Positions 10,057 through 20,505 are shown, numbered from the stretch's first letter. The stretch: 64,000 nucleotides of DNA from Deltaproteobacteria bacterium (GCA_002748835.1 PDTL01000026.1:14330-78329), one strand, 5' to 3'. Notes: generated by a model not told the origin, from the letters alone. Translations and numbers: made by a program.

Positions 10057-10404
10057 CAGGCAGATGCGCGTCATGGCATCACTCAGGAGCGGCTGATGCG
10101 GGTTCAGGGATTTCTGTGCCGGCACCCGCTCACCGATGGAGATCCGCTGAATGGACGGGTGACGGAACGGGTGGGCCTGCGCCTTGAGATGGCAGGCGAA
10201 GGCAGGCGTCAGGGACGTGCCGATGCCTGCCGGGGGAATGCTGCCGGTATCATGATCCGAGTCCTTTGCGGATTGAAATGAATTGACAACCCAGCCCAAG
10301 GGGGCTATTTATAACTGAATATCGTTAAAAGAACTTTCTGGGGAGCATAACGCTGACAGACATACGCTCCCCTTTTTCTGGTAACGCTTCTTATGGAGGC
10401 TGAT

Positions 10405-11145
10405 ATGTTTCGCTTAACGGCACTTGTCGATCTCTACAATGCGACCCATGGTGTTCAGTGGGAGAGTCAAGACAATTGGAAAGTGCCAGGCACGCATGTT
10501 TGTGATTGGTATGGTGTTACCTGTAACAGCGACAGCACTGCTGTTATAGCCCTGGAGCTTCCTGAAAACAATCTCACAGGTGACATGCCTGAGTCTATTG
10601 GAAACTTAACAAATCTAACAGGTCTTGACCTTCAAGATAACAGCCTCACAGGTCCAATTCCTGAGTCTATTGGAAACTTAACAAATCTAACAGAGCTTTC
10701 CCTTTGGATTAACAGCCTCACAGGCCCAATTCCTGAGTCTATTGGAGACTTAACAAATCTAACATCTCTTGACCTTGGCTGGAACAGCCTTACAGGTCCA
10801 ATTCCTGAGTCTGTTGGAAAATTAACAAATCTAACATATCTTTACCTTGATAGGAACAGCCTCACAGGTCCAATTCCTGAGCCTATTGGGAATTTAACAA
10901 AATTAGATGGACTCTATCTTGATTCGAACAACCTATCAGGAGTCATTCCCACCACCATCACATCGTTGACCTATTTAGTAAGTGGAGAATTAACTCTATA
11001 TGAGAATTGTAATTTAACTGCCCCGAATCAAAACGTGATAGACTTTATAAACAGTAAAGGCAACGGCGGTTATCAGAAAATTCTAGACACAAATGGACAT
11101 TGCGGCGTCACCCTCAGTCCTATCTATCATTTGTTACTCAATTAA
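10405..11145 (+). CDS. LRR protein cassette 2; N-cap intact, signal-peptide core deleted in frame
   Basis: ALVDLY..T.G..W....NW......CDWYGV.C cap (LRRNT_2-like), six LRRs, same C-terminal tail. Confidence 0.85.
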   Translation: MFRLTALVDLYNATHGVQWESQDNWKVPGTHVCDWYGVTCNSDSTAVIALELPENNLTGDMPESIGNLTNLTGLDLQDNSLTGPIPESIGNLTNLTELSLWINSLTGPIPESIGDLTNLTSLDLGWNSLTGPIPESVGKLTNLTYLYLDRNSLTGPIPEPIGNLTKLDGLYLDSNNLSGVIPTTITSLTYLVSGELTLYENCNLTAPNQNVIDFINSKGNGGYQKILDTNGHCGVTLSPIYHLLLN

Positions 11146-11287
11146 CATGGCGACGCAGTGATCGCTTCGATTGTTGAGTCTCGTGTGCGGATTTCAACCG
11201 CATCGCATGAATGATTCCAGTTTGCGCGTATGGGAAGAAAAAAGCCGGCAGACAAGCGTCTCCCGGCTTTCAGCATTTAGAGATAAG

Positions 11288-11331
11288 GGAGATAAGGGGA
11301 CAGTCAAATGGAGATAAGGGGACAGTCAAAT
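11288..11331 (+). repeat. 22-bp tandem repeat x2 (GGAGATAAGGGGACAGTCAAAT)
   Basis: Two perfect adjacent copies plus a partial copy upstream. Confidence 0.85.
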
Positions 11332-11548
11332 AATACATTATTTCTTGTTGAAAATCGTGAACCTTTGATTTCCAAATGTGGCTACCCTGGCACACAAACA
11401 CAAATGAATTGACAACCCAGCCCAATGGGGCTATTTATAAATGCATATAAATGCATATAAATGTATATCGTTAAAAGGACTTTCTGGGGAGCATAACGCT
11501 GACAGACCTATGATCCCTTTTTCTGGTAACGCTTTCATGGAGGCTGAT

Positions 11549-12254
11549 ATGTTTCGCTTGACTGTGTTGGTTTCAGGTTTACTGTTTGCATTGTGTGGTA
11601 ATGCGTTTGGCGATTTAGCGACTGACAGAGCGGCGCTTGTCGATCTCTACGATGCGACCCATGGTGATCAGTGATCTCACAAGCTCAATTCCTAATTCTA
11701 TTGGAAACTTAACAAATCTAACAATTCTTTTTCTTTACTATAATAACCTCACAGGTCCAATCCCTGAGTCTATTGGAGATTTAACAAATCTAACAGATCT
11801 TAGGCTTTACGGTAACAGCCTCACAGGACCAATTCCTGAGTCTATTGGAAACTTAACAAATCTAACCGATCTTTTCCTTTGGAAAAACAGCCTCACAGGT
11901 CCAATCCCTGCGTCTATTGGAAACTTAACAAATCTAAAATGGCTTTGGCTTAATCGTAACAGCCTCACAGGACCAATTCCTGAGTCTATTGGGAATTTAA
12001 CAAAATTAAAAAGCTTCCATCTTTATACGAACAGCCTATCAGGCGTCATTCCCACCACCATCACAGCGTTGACCGATTTAAATAGTGGAAGCTTAGGTCT
12101 ATATGAGAATTGCAATTTAACTACCTCGAATCAAAGCGCGATAGCCTTTATCAATAGTAAAGCCACCGGCGGTTATCAAAAAATTCTAGACACAAATGGA
12201 CATTGCGTCGTCACCGTCACCCTCAGTCCTATTTATCATTTGTTACTCAATTAA
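11549..12254 (+). pseudogene. LRR protein cassette 3; signal peptide intact, frameshifting deletion in the N-cap
   Basis: MFRLTVLVSGLLFALCGNAFG-DLATDRAALVDLY... stops at 11674; LRRs continue in another frame; ~110 nt missing relative to cassette 2. Confidence 0.85.
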
Positions 12255-12389
12255 AAGGACGACGCAGTGATCGCTTTGATTGTTGATTTTCGTGTGCGGA
12301 TTTCAACCGCATCTCATGAATGATTCCAGTTTGCGCGTATGGAAAGCAAAAAGCCGGCAGACAAGCGTCTCCCGGCTTTCAGCATTAGG

Positions 12390-12429
12390 GGTCAAGAAAA
12401 GCGTCAGGGCGGTCGTGAACCGGAAACAG
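12390..12429 (+). repeat. 40-bp direct repeat copy 3 (right boundary of island)
   Basis: 3 mismatches to copy 1. Confidence 0.85.
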
Positions 12430-12455
12430 GGGCCGTCATCTATCACCGGTCAGCG

Positions 12456-15377
12456 TCAATGAGACAGATTACGGCTGACCACTTTTTTGAATTCTTCCCC
12501 GGAATAGACCGTTTTGGCCCCAGACGATGATGCGGGGCAGGCCTCTGACTGGGAAGCAATGAGCGGTCTGAATCCTGTTGAAAACACAATCCCGGAACGG
12601 GATGCGTTCAGGGGGATGGAAATGGGCTGGTCATAGAGCAGGTAGGCCCCGAACGCTTCTCCCGCATCACCAATGTACCCGTCATTATCCAGGTCACTCC
12701 CTGCGTAAATCCGGTAGAGCCCGCCTGTCAGCCCGGTGAAATTGAAGGTGTAGGCACCGTCTTCGGGCGCCTGGTTCTGCTGGGAGACAACCGCATTGGT
12801 TTCATCATCCACAAGTAGAATATAGTGATAGGAAGCATTGGAAGCCTTGCTGGCCCTGAAATACTGCAGGGCCACCGGGATCGTCATCGTTTCAGCAGAA
12901 CTGGTGATCCGGATACTTGTGGAATGCGCGCCTTCGGAGAGACCGCTCCGGTCTGCGATGACCGTATAAACCCCAAGCCCGGTATCTGGATCCGTTGCAT
13001 TGGATGTCACCTGGAGCCAGGAGTCCTGTGGGGAAACGCTGGAGATGCTTAAGGGCGAAGCACCTGCATTGGCAAGGGTCAGAAACAGGCGGTCTTCCGT
13101 GAGGCCGAAATTGAGGGACGATGGCGACACGCTGAGCCGGGCCGGTGTTTCAAGATCACCGGTGCCTCGGAGCACCATGAGGGTTTCCGCTGCCCGTTTG
13201 CCGTTGATCAGGCCATAGCCGAACAGGGCATCTTTTCCCGGTTCTCCGATATCTTCCGTGAGCCGGCCGTCTTGCAGGAGCTCATCTGCGAGCGCCGGTG
13301 TCAGATTAGGATACCCCGCTTTCATCAGGGCGAAAAAACCTGTGACATGCGGGGCTGCCATGGAGGTGCCCTGCTCAAAGGTGTAGACATGCTGGATAGA
13401 CCCGGTGCTGTCGTCCCCGGCGGTGCTGAGGATTCCGTCTCCATATCCGTCACCGTTCACATCTGTGGCGGTCACTCCTCCGGGAGCGGCCACATCTATC
13501 CAGGATCCGTAATTGGAGTAAAAGGCAGATGCTTTCTGCAGGGTAACGGCAGATACGGCGGTCACGCCTGGATAGGCAGCTGGATATGCCTGGATCCGTG
13601 TGGCTTCGTTTCCGGCAGCGGCCACCACATGGATACCAAGGCTTCGGATCTGCTCGTAAAGGGCGGCTTCGGACTCCGTATAGCCGGCGCCACCCAGGCT
13701 CATATTGATGATATCCGCAGGCGGATCCAGGATCCGTCCGGAGTCATTGGAGAGTCCCGCCGCATAACGGACCGCCTGAATGATGTCATAGGTATATCCT
13801 CCCTCTTTTCCGAGTACCCGCAGGGGGATGAGGGTGGCTGACGGTGCCACGCCGGCAATGCCGGTGCTGTTTCCCGTCACACCAGCAATGGTGCCGGCCA
13901 CATGGGTGCCGTGAAAGCTGCTATTCCCGTTGATGCTCTGGTCTCCGGGGTCTGACGGGTCCGCATCTATGCCATCGCCGTCAAGGGCGTTTTCCGGATC
14001 GCTGATGAAATCATATCCTGCCGTCAGCTGTCCGGCAAGGTCCGGGTGGTCGGTCAGCACGCCGGTATCAATGACCGCGCACCGGACACCAGACCCGTCC
14101 GTGAGTGACCAGAGCGAGGAGAGCTGGATCATGTCATAGTGCCACTGGTAGGTGTAGAGCGGATCATCCGGAGCCACTGCACAGGGTTTGCGGATGAAGT
14201 TGGGGCTTGCATAGCGGACACGGGGAGAGTTGTTGAGTGATTTTACGGCGTACAGGAGCGAGAGCTTGCGTGCCTGAAGCGGCGCCAGCGCGCATGGAAA
14301 CGCGGTGATCAGGTCCGTGTTTTCAGTGTCTGACAGGTATGCCCGGGCGGTTTGCCTTTGTTTAGCGCCATCCGTACGGTACAGAAGGGTCGGGCACCCA
14401 GGCGTGGATGCGCCTTTCAGCTGCCACCCGGTCGGAATCGCGGTGAAGGTACTGGCGGTTGCCGCATCGGTTTCGGCCTGGCTGCTTTCATCGGTATATT
14501 CGGTAATGATGGTATCTGGATCAAAGGCGGTGTTGAGGGTAGGTCCTGTTTTTTTAGCAAGGCCGGCATCCCCGATAAACCGGCTGATGATGAGGTTGTA
14601 GGCAGATGCACCGCTGTACGGATGTACGGCAATGTAAAAGGTGCCGGCTGCCGGTGCATCCAGAACTTCAGCATCGGTTTCTCCGACCGCGCCATCGACC
14701 AGGTTTTCGTCCGCATCGAAAATAAACAGGTCCAGATCCGCATGAGGATCGGCTATGATTAGCTGGATCACTTCATCGCCAGTAAAGTCCACGGCAAAGA
14801 AATCAAAGATATCTCCGGACAGAAACGAGCTCCCCTGGGACCCGTTGAGCGGCTGATTGACATACCCGCCCAGCACCACCGGACAGCTGATCGTCTGGGC
14901 GTTACGAATTGTATTGTTGGTCGTGTCGGCCACATTGGGATCATTGACATCGGCGTCCGTGAGTGTGGCACCGGGTATCTGTACAGTGCCGCTCAGGGAG
15001 AGGTCTCTGGCCGGGGGCGTCACCTGAATGGACAGGGTCGCGGTGCCTGAGGATCCTGCTGCATCCGTGATCGTGAGCGTTGCATCGTAGGTACCGGACT
15101 GGGTGTAAATATGACCGGTTGAGACGTCTACGGCAGAGGTGCCGTCTCCGAAATTCCATGCGTAGGAGAACGGTTCACGCCATCCGGTCTCTTGCGCGTC
15201 GGTTGCGTCAAAGGTAACAGACAGCGGTGCGGCACCGGACGCCGGAGAAGCCGTAAACCGGATGGCAGAAGGGGGAGGGCCGTCGTTATCAGAAGCATCA
15301 CTTCCACCGCCGCCACCGCAGCTGATGCAGAAGAGAAGCAGGACAAGGACGAAACAACAGGAAATGGCATGCCGCAT
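12456..15377 (-). CDS. Lipoprotein S8 (subtilisin-like) serine peptidase with PKD domain
   Basis: Lipobox-like LFCISC-GGGGG, PKD (WNFGDG..H.Y...G.Y), triad motifs VIDTG / HGTHVAG / GTSMAAPHV; AGGAGG before ATG 15377. Confidence 0.92.
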   Translation of the reverse strand: MRHAISCCFVLVLLLFCISCGGGGGSDASDNDGPPPSAIRFTASPASGAAPLSVTFDATDAQETGWREPFSYAWNFGDGTSAVDVSTGHIYTQSGTYDATLTITDAAGSSGTATLSIQVTPPARDLSLSGTVQIPGATLTDADVNDPNVADTTNNTIRNAQTISCPVVLGGYVNQPLNGSQGSSFLSGDIFDFFAVDFTGDEVIQLIIADPHADLDLFIFDADENLVDGAVGETDAEVLDAPAAGTFYIAVHPYSGASAYNLIISRFIGDAGLAKKTGPTLNTAFDPDTIITEYTDESSQAETDAATASTFTAIPTGWQLKGASTPGCPTLLYRTDGAKQRQTARAYLSDTENTDLITAFPCALAPLQARKLSLLYAVKSLNNSPRVRYASPNFIRKPCAVAPDDPLYTYQWHYDMIQLSSLWSLTDGSGVRCAVIDTGVLTDHPDLAGQLTAGYDFISDPENALDGDGIDADPSDPGDQSINGNSSFHGTHVAGTIAGVTGNSTGIAGVAPSATLIPLRVLGKEGGYTYDIIQAVRYAAGLSNDSGRILDPPADIINMSLGGAGYTESEAALYEQIRSLGIHVVAAAGNEATRIQAYPAAYPGVTAVSAVTLQKASAFYSNYGSWIDVAAPGGVTATDVNGDGYGDGILSTAGDDSTGSIQHVYTFEQGTSMAAPHVTGFFALMKAGYPNLTPALADELLQDGRLTEDIGEPGKDALFGYGLINGKRAAETLMVLRGTGDLETPARLSVSPSSLNFGLTEDRLFLTLANAGASPLSISSVSPQDSWLQVTSNATDPDTGLGVYTVIADRSGLSEGAHSTSIRITSSAETMTIPVALQYFRASKASNASYHYILLVDDETNAVVSQQNQAPEDGAYTFNFTGLTGGLYRIYAGSDLDNDGYIGDAGEAFGAYLLYDQPISIPLNASRSGIVFSTGFRPLIASQSEACPASSSGAKTVYSGEEFKKVVSRNLSH

Positions 15378-15437
15378 GGTGCCTCCTTGTTGAAAAGTGG
15401 TTTTTTTAACAATAAATACAATGCTCAAGGAACTGTG

Positions 15438-16226
15438 TCAAGGCGTTATGGTGAACTGCTCCCGGCGGCTGCCTGTGGGTATGGGTGACGGCGGCCGGGT
15501 GGGATAGGTCCATTCGGTAACCCGCAGGGTTCCGGATGTATCGAGTTGCAGGAGGCTTGCAGAACGGGTTCCGTAACAGTCGCTCCGGATAAATATCGGG
15601 CTGAGGATTTGTTCCCATTCAAGGCCCATTCCGGTGTCGGGCAGTGCCGCGTCTTCGGGCCGGGTCTCATCACAGAGCAGGGTCTGGATGCGTGCTTCTG
15701 AAATCCTGCCGGTGGCAGCTTCTCTTTGTAGCTGCGCTGTGGCGCGGGTGACTTTTGGCCACGGTGTATCCAGCAGGTGGTTGCACAGGCCGTGGACACC
15801 GGGGGAGACGGGCATCGGGCGGTCTGACTGGTTGGAGTAGAACCACAGCCGTTCCGGGGAACGGATATCGTCAGAGACCAGCAGGTTAAATGGGTTGTAG
15901 GTGGCGGCAGTGGCTGCCAGCTGATCGAGATACGATTTACCGGAGCCGGATGCTTCGAGGAACCGTCGGACCAGATGTCCCCGGGAGGGGGCGCCCGTCT
16001 TTAGTAAATGGGGCGCGCGGAAATTGGTCAGGGCGGCAAACCGGCCGGAACGGGTGATTCCCATCCAGGTGCCCCTGTCCTTTAGATCCCGCCCGGCGAG
16101 CAGCGACGGGTTGTCTTCCCAGAAGTGAAGCGGCGCTGAAGGCCGTTGGTAGCATTCGTCCCGGTTTGCGGCCAGAATGAAGGGGATGTCTGGATGAAGG
16201 TGGTAGCCAAATAAAATCAAACACAT
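15438..16226 (-). CDS. NRDE/TANGO2 family protein
   Basis: MCL...ANRDE..RP, GGTW-like GTWMG, ALTNFR, YGTRS. Confidence 0.92.
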   Translation of the reverse strand: MCLILFGYHLHPDIPFILAANRDECYQRPSAPLHFWEDNPSLLAGRDLKDRGTWMGITRSGRFAALTNFRAPHLLKTGAPSRGHLVRRFLEASGSGKSYLDQLAATAATYNPFNLLVSDDIRSPERLWFYSNQSDRPMPVSPGVHGLCNHLLDTPWPKVTRATAQLQREAATGRISEARIQTLLCDETRPEDAALPDTGMGLEWEQILSPIFIRSDCYGTRSASLLQLDTSGTLRVTEWTYPTRPPSPIPTGSRREQFTITP

Positions 16227-16542
16227 AATTCTTCATTCCCATGCAGACTTATAGGGGCGTCTAATCCATGCCGCCATGTACAACCGTGTATACCATGGAG
16301 ATCTCTGGTGTTCAAGAAACGAAAAAAACAGGGATGAGCTTTTCCTTTACTTATCTGTCTTCGGCCTGTAAAATATCTATGTCGTTGGTGATTTCTTGAT
16401 TTGTGAAGACCGTTGGTCTTCTGGTTACGGCCGCCTGTCCGGTGAATTCTGACGTATATTGCCATGAAAATCGAATGCCTGATTCCGGAAAGGATATTCC
16501 GGTTTCTTCTGCTGAAATCCGCAACCCGTGAAAGAGGTAAAC

Positions 16543-16698
16543 ATGACCCTGAGCAGAAAACTGGGTATTCTGATTCTATTCGGAATTCCTGCGATTGTGG
16601 GGGGCGGTGTTGTGTATGGGGTTTTTCGTGGGTATCCGGCGGTGGCAGTTTATGAAGTGCTGTTATACATCACAGCAGCAGCCATTGTAAGGAAATAA
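16543..16698 (+). CDS. Small (51-aa) membrane protein, below ORF-track cutoff
   Basis: GAGGT RBS; MTLSRKLGILILFGIPAIVGGGVVYGVFRGYPAVAVYEVLLYITAAAIVRK with two hydrophobic segments. Confidence 0.65.
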   Translation: MTLSRKLGILILFGIPAIVGGGVVYGVFRGYPAVAVYEVLLYITAAAIVRK

Positions 16699-16709
16699 GG
16701 TGGTAGAAA

Positions 16710-17900
16710 ATGCGCATGGCCGGTGTGCCGGATGCGTGTGACGGGGCGGATCCGGATACGGGGGGAGTGAGGATGCGGTCAAGTGGTTCTCCGGATATGA
16801 TCCTCTGGTTTTTTCTGGGACTTTTTCTGATCTCTATCTACCTGGTCAGTAAACTCCTCTGGCCGTTTGTGTCCACGATCGTTATGGCCATGGTGATCAT
16901 GGGGCTGTTCCGTCCCGTCTACGCCTTGCTAAATCGGAAGATGGGTAAGCAGTTAGCATCGTTTTGTGTCTGCTGTTTGATTTTTATTCTGATTTTTATT
17001 CCCATTGCTTTCCTGGTGGGGATCCTTGCCAGGGAAGCATACGGTTTTTATCTGGCGGCAAAAGGGGCGATTCTGGAAAAGGAGGTGATCCGCTTTCTCG
17101 AAGCCAGCCATCTGCTGGGTAAAATCAACGCGTTTCTGAGGAGCGTTGATATCACCCTGACGCTGGAGGATCTGCTGGCGCCGGTGACGGATCTGGGGCG
17201 GTTTGCCGGGCTGTTTTTGTTTGAGCAGGTCAGTGCTGTAGCATCGAATGTGTTCAGTTTTCTGGCAAATTCTTTTTTTATGCTGCTGATTGTTTTTTTT
17301 CTGTTCATGGATGGCGGCGAACTGCAGCAGTTTTTCATGGACCTTTCTCCGCTGCCGGCGGATCAGGACGAGAAACTGCTGAGGAAATTTGAGGATATGC
17401 TGGGGGCCGTGCTCATTGGAAACGGTGCTGCCGGTCTGATTCAGGGCGTCCTGGGGGGGATCCTTTTTTCGGTGCTGGGTGTGAATTCCCCGTTTCTCTG
17501 GGGGGTGATCATGGGCTTTCTCGCGTTTCTTCCCATTGTGGGTATTGGTGTGGTGCTGGTGCCCACTGTCGTGATTTTTCTGGTGAAGGGACGCGTTGTC
17601 ACCTGTATCGGTATTTTGATTTTTTATGTTGTTGTATCGGGCGGAATTGACTATATCTTCAAACCAAAACTGGTGGGAGACCGCGTCAAAATCCATACCC
17701 TTCTCGTTTTTCTGTCCATCATCGGCGGGCTGCGGTTGTTCGGGATTCTGGGCATCATATACGGCCCGCTTGTGGTGACATTTTTTTTGACATTGACGGA
17801 TATCTATCTCGCCAATTATCAGCGAGTGGTGGAAAACAAGGATGCCAGTAACATGGCTGAAAAACTGGCGCCGGAAGGGGCGGACGGCCGGCAACTGTGA
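16710..17900 (+). CDS. AI-2E family transporter
   Basis: Multi-TM; FLPIVG, DYIFKPKL.G, GGL..FG..GII.GP motifs; start uncertain. Confidence 0.88.
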   Translation: MRMAGVPDACDGADPDTGGVRMRSSGSPDMILWFFLGLFLISIYLVSKLLWPFVSTIVMAMVIMGLFRPVYALLNRKMGKQLASFCVCCLIFILIFIPIAFLVGILAREAYGFYLAAKGAILEKEVIRFLEASHLLGKINAFLRSVDITLTLEDLLAPVTDLGRFAGLFLFEQVSAVASNVFSFLANSFFMLLIVFFLFMDGGELQQFFMDLSPLPADQDEKLLRKFEDMLGAVLIGNGAAGLIQGVLGGILFSVLGVNSPFLWGVIMGFLAFLPIVGIGVVLVPTVVIFLVKGRVVTCIGILIFYVVVSGGIDYIFKPKLVGDRVKIHTLLVFLSIIGGLRLFGILGIIYGPLVVTFFLTLTDIYLANYQRVVENKDASNMAEKLAPEGADGRQL

Positions 17901-17970
17901 ATAGGCACTGCCGGGCGGAGTGGTATAAAACAGGTGTTGAACCGGCGGGATAGGCGGGCAAAGGCAATAC

Positions 17971-20505
17971 ATGGAAATGGAACAGGAAAAACAAGCCAAG
18001 GTTACAATTGAAAATGAAATGAAACGCTCGTACCTTGAGTACGCCATGAGCGTTATCGTGGGCCGAGCCCTGCCGGATGTCCGGGACGGACTGAAACCGG
18101 TGCACCGGCGGATTCTGTTTGCCATGCGGGAGCTTCGGAACGACTGGAACAAACCGTATAAAAAATCGGCCCGGGTTGTCGGGGAGGTCATTGGTAAGTA
18201 TCACCCGCACGGAGATTCTGCGGTCTATGATGCCATTGTCCGGATGGCGCAGGATTTTTCCCTGAGATATCCACTGGTGGACGGCCAGGGAAACTTCGGG
18301 TCAGTGGACGGGGATGCGCCGGCGGCCATGCGGTATACGGAAGTCCGTATGATGCGCCTTGCACATCATCTGATGGCGGATCTGGACAAAGAGACGGTGG
18401 ATTTTTCCCCTAACTACGACGGCACGCTGGAAGAGCCGTCGGTCATGCCGTCCAGGATCCCGACCCTGCTCGTCAACGGGGCATCGGGCATCGCGGTGGG
18501 GATGACCACCAATGTGCCGCCGCACAACCTGTCTGAGGTGATTGACGCGATCACGGCCCTTATCGACAATCCGGCGCTGGAGTGGACCGACCTGATGCGC
18601 TATATCCCGGGGCCGGATTTTCCCACGCGGGGGATTATCTACGGCCGCCAGGGAATTATGGAAGCCTATCAGAGCGGCCGCGGCATAATTCAGGTCAGGG
18701 GGCGGGTGACCATTGAGGACGATGAAAAGTCCGGCTATGCCACTGTGGCGGTGACCGAGCTTCCCTATCAGGTCAACAAGGCGCGGCTGATTGAAAAAAT
18801 CGCAGAGTTGGTGCGGGACAAGCAGATCGAGGGGATCCGGTTTGTCAGAGACGAATCGGACCGGACCGGGATGCGGATTGCCATCGGGCTTAAGAAAGAT
18901 CAGTTCCCTGAAGTCGTGATCAACCAGCTCTACAAACATACCCAGCTGCAGACCAGTTTCGGGATTATCTTCCTGGCCATTGTCGATGGCCGACCTCGCC
19001 AACTGTCGCTCAAGGAGATTTTAGAGCAGTTTATTCTTCACCGGAAGGATGTGATCATCCGGAGAACCCGGTATGAATTGAGAAAAGCGGAAGAACGGGC
19101 ACATATTCTCGAAGGCCTGCGCATTGCACTGGACAACCTGGATGCGGTGGTCGCACTCATCCGCAGGGCCGCTTCTCCCCAGGAAGCCAAAACCGGTCTC
19201 ATGGAAACCTTCCGTTTGAGCGAAATCCAGGCTCAGGCCATTCTTGATATGCGTCTGCAGCGGCTGACCGGGCTTGAGCGTGACAAAATTGTGGCAGATC
19301 ATGACCAGGTGCTCAAAGATATTGCCTGGTACCGGGAGATCCTCGGCAGCGATCAGATTGTGCTGGGGCTGATCAAGGATGAGCTGGCGGAAATTCGGGA
19401 TGGCTTTGGGGATAACCGGCGCACGGAGATTGTGGACCGGCTCCGGGAGATCACCCTGGAGGATATGATCGCCGAAGAAGATATGGTGGTGACCCTGACC
19501 AATTCGGGGTATATCAAGCGGAATCCCATCTCCATGTATCACAGTCAGCACCGGGGCGGAAAAGGGAAAACCGCCATGGGGATTAAGCGGGATGATTTTG
19601 TCTCCCAGCTGTTTGTGGCATCCACCCACCATACCTTCCTCTTTTTTACCAACCTGGGGCGGGTCTACTGGTCGAAAGTCTATGAGCTGCCCATGGCCAG
19701 TCGATCCAGCCTCGGAAAAGCCATTGTCAACTTTTTGAATCTCTCGGAAGGCGAACAGCTGACCACCGTGCTGGCGGTACCCGAGTTCGAGCAGGGCAAG
19801 CAGATTGTCATGGCCACCCGTAACGGTCTGGTGAAGAAAACGGACCTGATGGCCTACAGCCGTCCGCGGGTCGGGGGGATTATTGCCATCAATCTGGTGG
19901 AAGGGGACGAACTGATCGCCGCACGTATATCCGATGGTGAGATGGATGTGCTCCTCTGCACGGCTGAAGGGCAGGCCATTCGTTTTGCGGAATCCGATGT
20001 ACGGTCCACCGGCCGTGTGGCCCGGGGGGTGCGAGGGATCCGTCTGTCTGAGACCGATCATGTGGTTGCCATGGAGATGGTGTCTCGGCCGGCCACGCTG
20101 TTTACCGCAACGGCAAACGGATACGGGAAACGGACGGACATCACGGCCTATCCGGTCCGGTCTCGCGGCGGGAAAGGGGTGATCACCATCAAGACCAGCC
20201 AGCGGAACGGACCTGTGGTGACATCGATCATGGTGGATGATACCGACGACCTGATGCTGATGACCAACAAGGGAAAACTGATCCGGATATCGGCTACCAG
20301 TATGTCGGTGATCAGCCGAAACACCCAGGGGGTCAGGCTCATCCACATGGATGCGGATGAAACCGTCATCGGTGCGGCGCGCCTGGATGAAGAAGAACAG
20401 ATGGATGAAGGGAATCTTACGTCGGAGGCAGACGGAAAGACCGCCGAAGAAACGCCGGATGCAGCAGACGGTGATGCGGCCGAATTTCCTGAAGACGACG
20501 AATAG
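17971..20505 (+). CDS. gyrA: DNA gyrase subunit A
   Basis: [32 protein letters not shown], GyrA box QHRGGKG. Confidence 0.97.
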   Translation: MEMEQEKQAKVTIENEMKRSYLEYAMSVIVGRALPDVRDGLKPVHRRILFAMRELRNDWNKPYKKSARVVGEVIGKYHPHGDSAVYDAIVRMAQDFSLRYPLVDGQGNFGSVDGDAPAAMRYTEVRMMRLAHHLMADLDKETVDFSPNYDGTLEEPSVMPSRIPTLLVNGASGIAVGMTTNVPPHNLSEVIDAITALIDNPALEWTDLMRYIPGPDFPTRGIIYGRQGIMEAYQSGRGIIQVRGRVTIEDDEKSGYATVAVTELPYQVNKARLIEKIAELVRDKQIEGIRFVRDESDRTGMRIAIGLKKDQFPEVVINQLYKHTQLQTSFGIIFLAIVDGRPRQLSLKEILEQFILHRKDVIIRRTRYELRKAEERAHILEGLRIALDNLDAVVALIRRAASPQEAKTGLMETFRLSEIQAQAILDMRLQRLTGLERDKIVADHDQVLKDIAWYREILGSDQIVLGLIKDELAEIRDGFGDNRRTEIVDRLREITLEDMIAEEDMVVTLTNSGYIKRNPISMYHSQHRGGKGKTAMGIKRDDFVSQLFVASTHHTFLFFTNLGRVYWSKVYELPMASRSSLGKAIVNFLNLSEGEQLTTVLAVPEFEQGKQIVMATRNGLVKKTDLMAYSRPRVGGIIAINLVEGDELIAARISDGEMDVLLCTAEGQAIRFAESDVRSTGRVARGVRGIRLSETDHVVAMEMVSRPATLFTATANGYGKRTDITAYPVRSRGGKGVITIKTSQRNGPVVTSIMVDDTDDLMLMTNKGKLIRISATSMSVISRNTQGVRLIHMDADETVIGAARLDEEEQMDEGNLTSEADGKTAEETPDAADGDAAEFPEDDE

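Larger units (their letters stand above)
8934..12429 (+). repeat. Tandem array of three LRR cassettes (~1.1-kb units)
   Basis: Shared promoter/leader, LRR gene and terminator in each unit. A GC-rich ~200-bp segment is shared by units 1 and 2. LRR genes are visibly more AT-rich than the flanks. Confidence 0.9.

Noticed and set aside
9910-10299. ORFs in the GC-rich repeated segment
   Set aside because: Not preserved in the 8963-9175 copy (indels) and no recognisable motif
9380-12050. CRISPR-like repeat/spacer pattern
   Set aside because: The 72-bp period is in-frame LRR coding sequence; no cas genes
9300-12254. LRR hypervariability as a diversity-generating retroelement target
   Set aside because: No reverse transcriptase or template repeat in the window, and silent adenines in framework codons (aca, cca, cta) stay fixed, unlike A-specific DGR mutagenesis
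8934-12429. Integron cassette array (GCATAAC resembles the attC R'' box)
   Set aside because: No matching GTTRRRY or attC stem at a suitable distance, no intI, and the cassettes carry their own promoters and terminators
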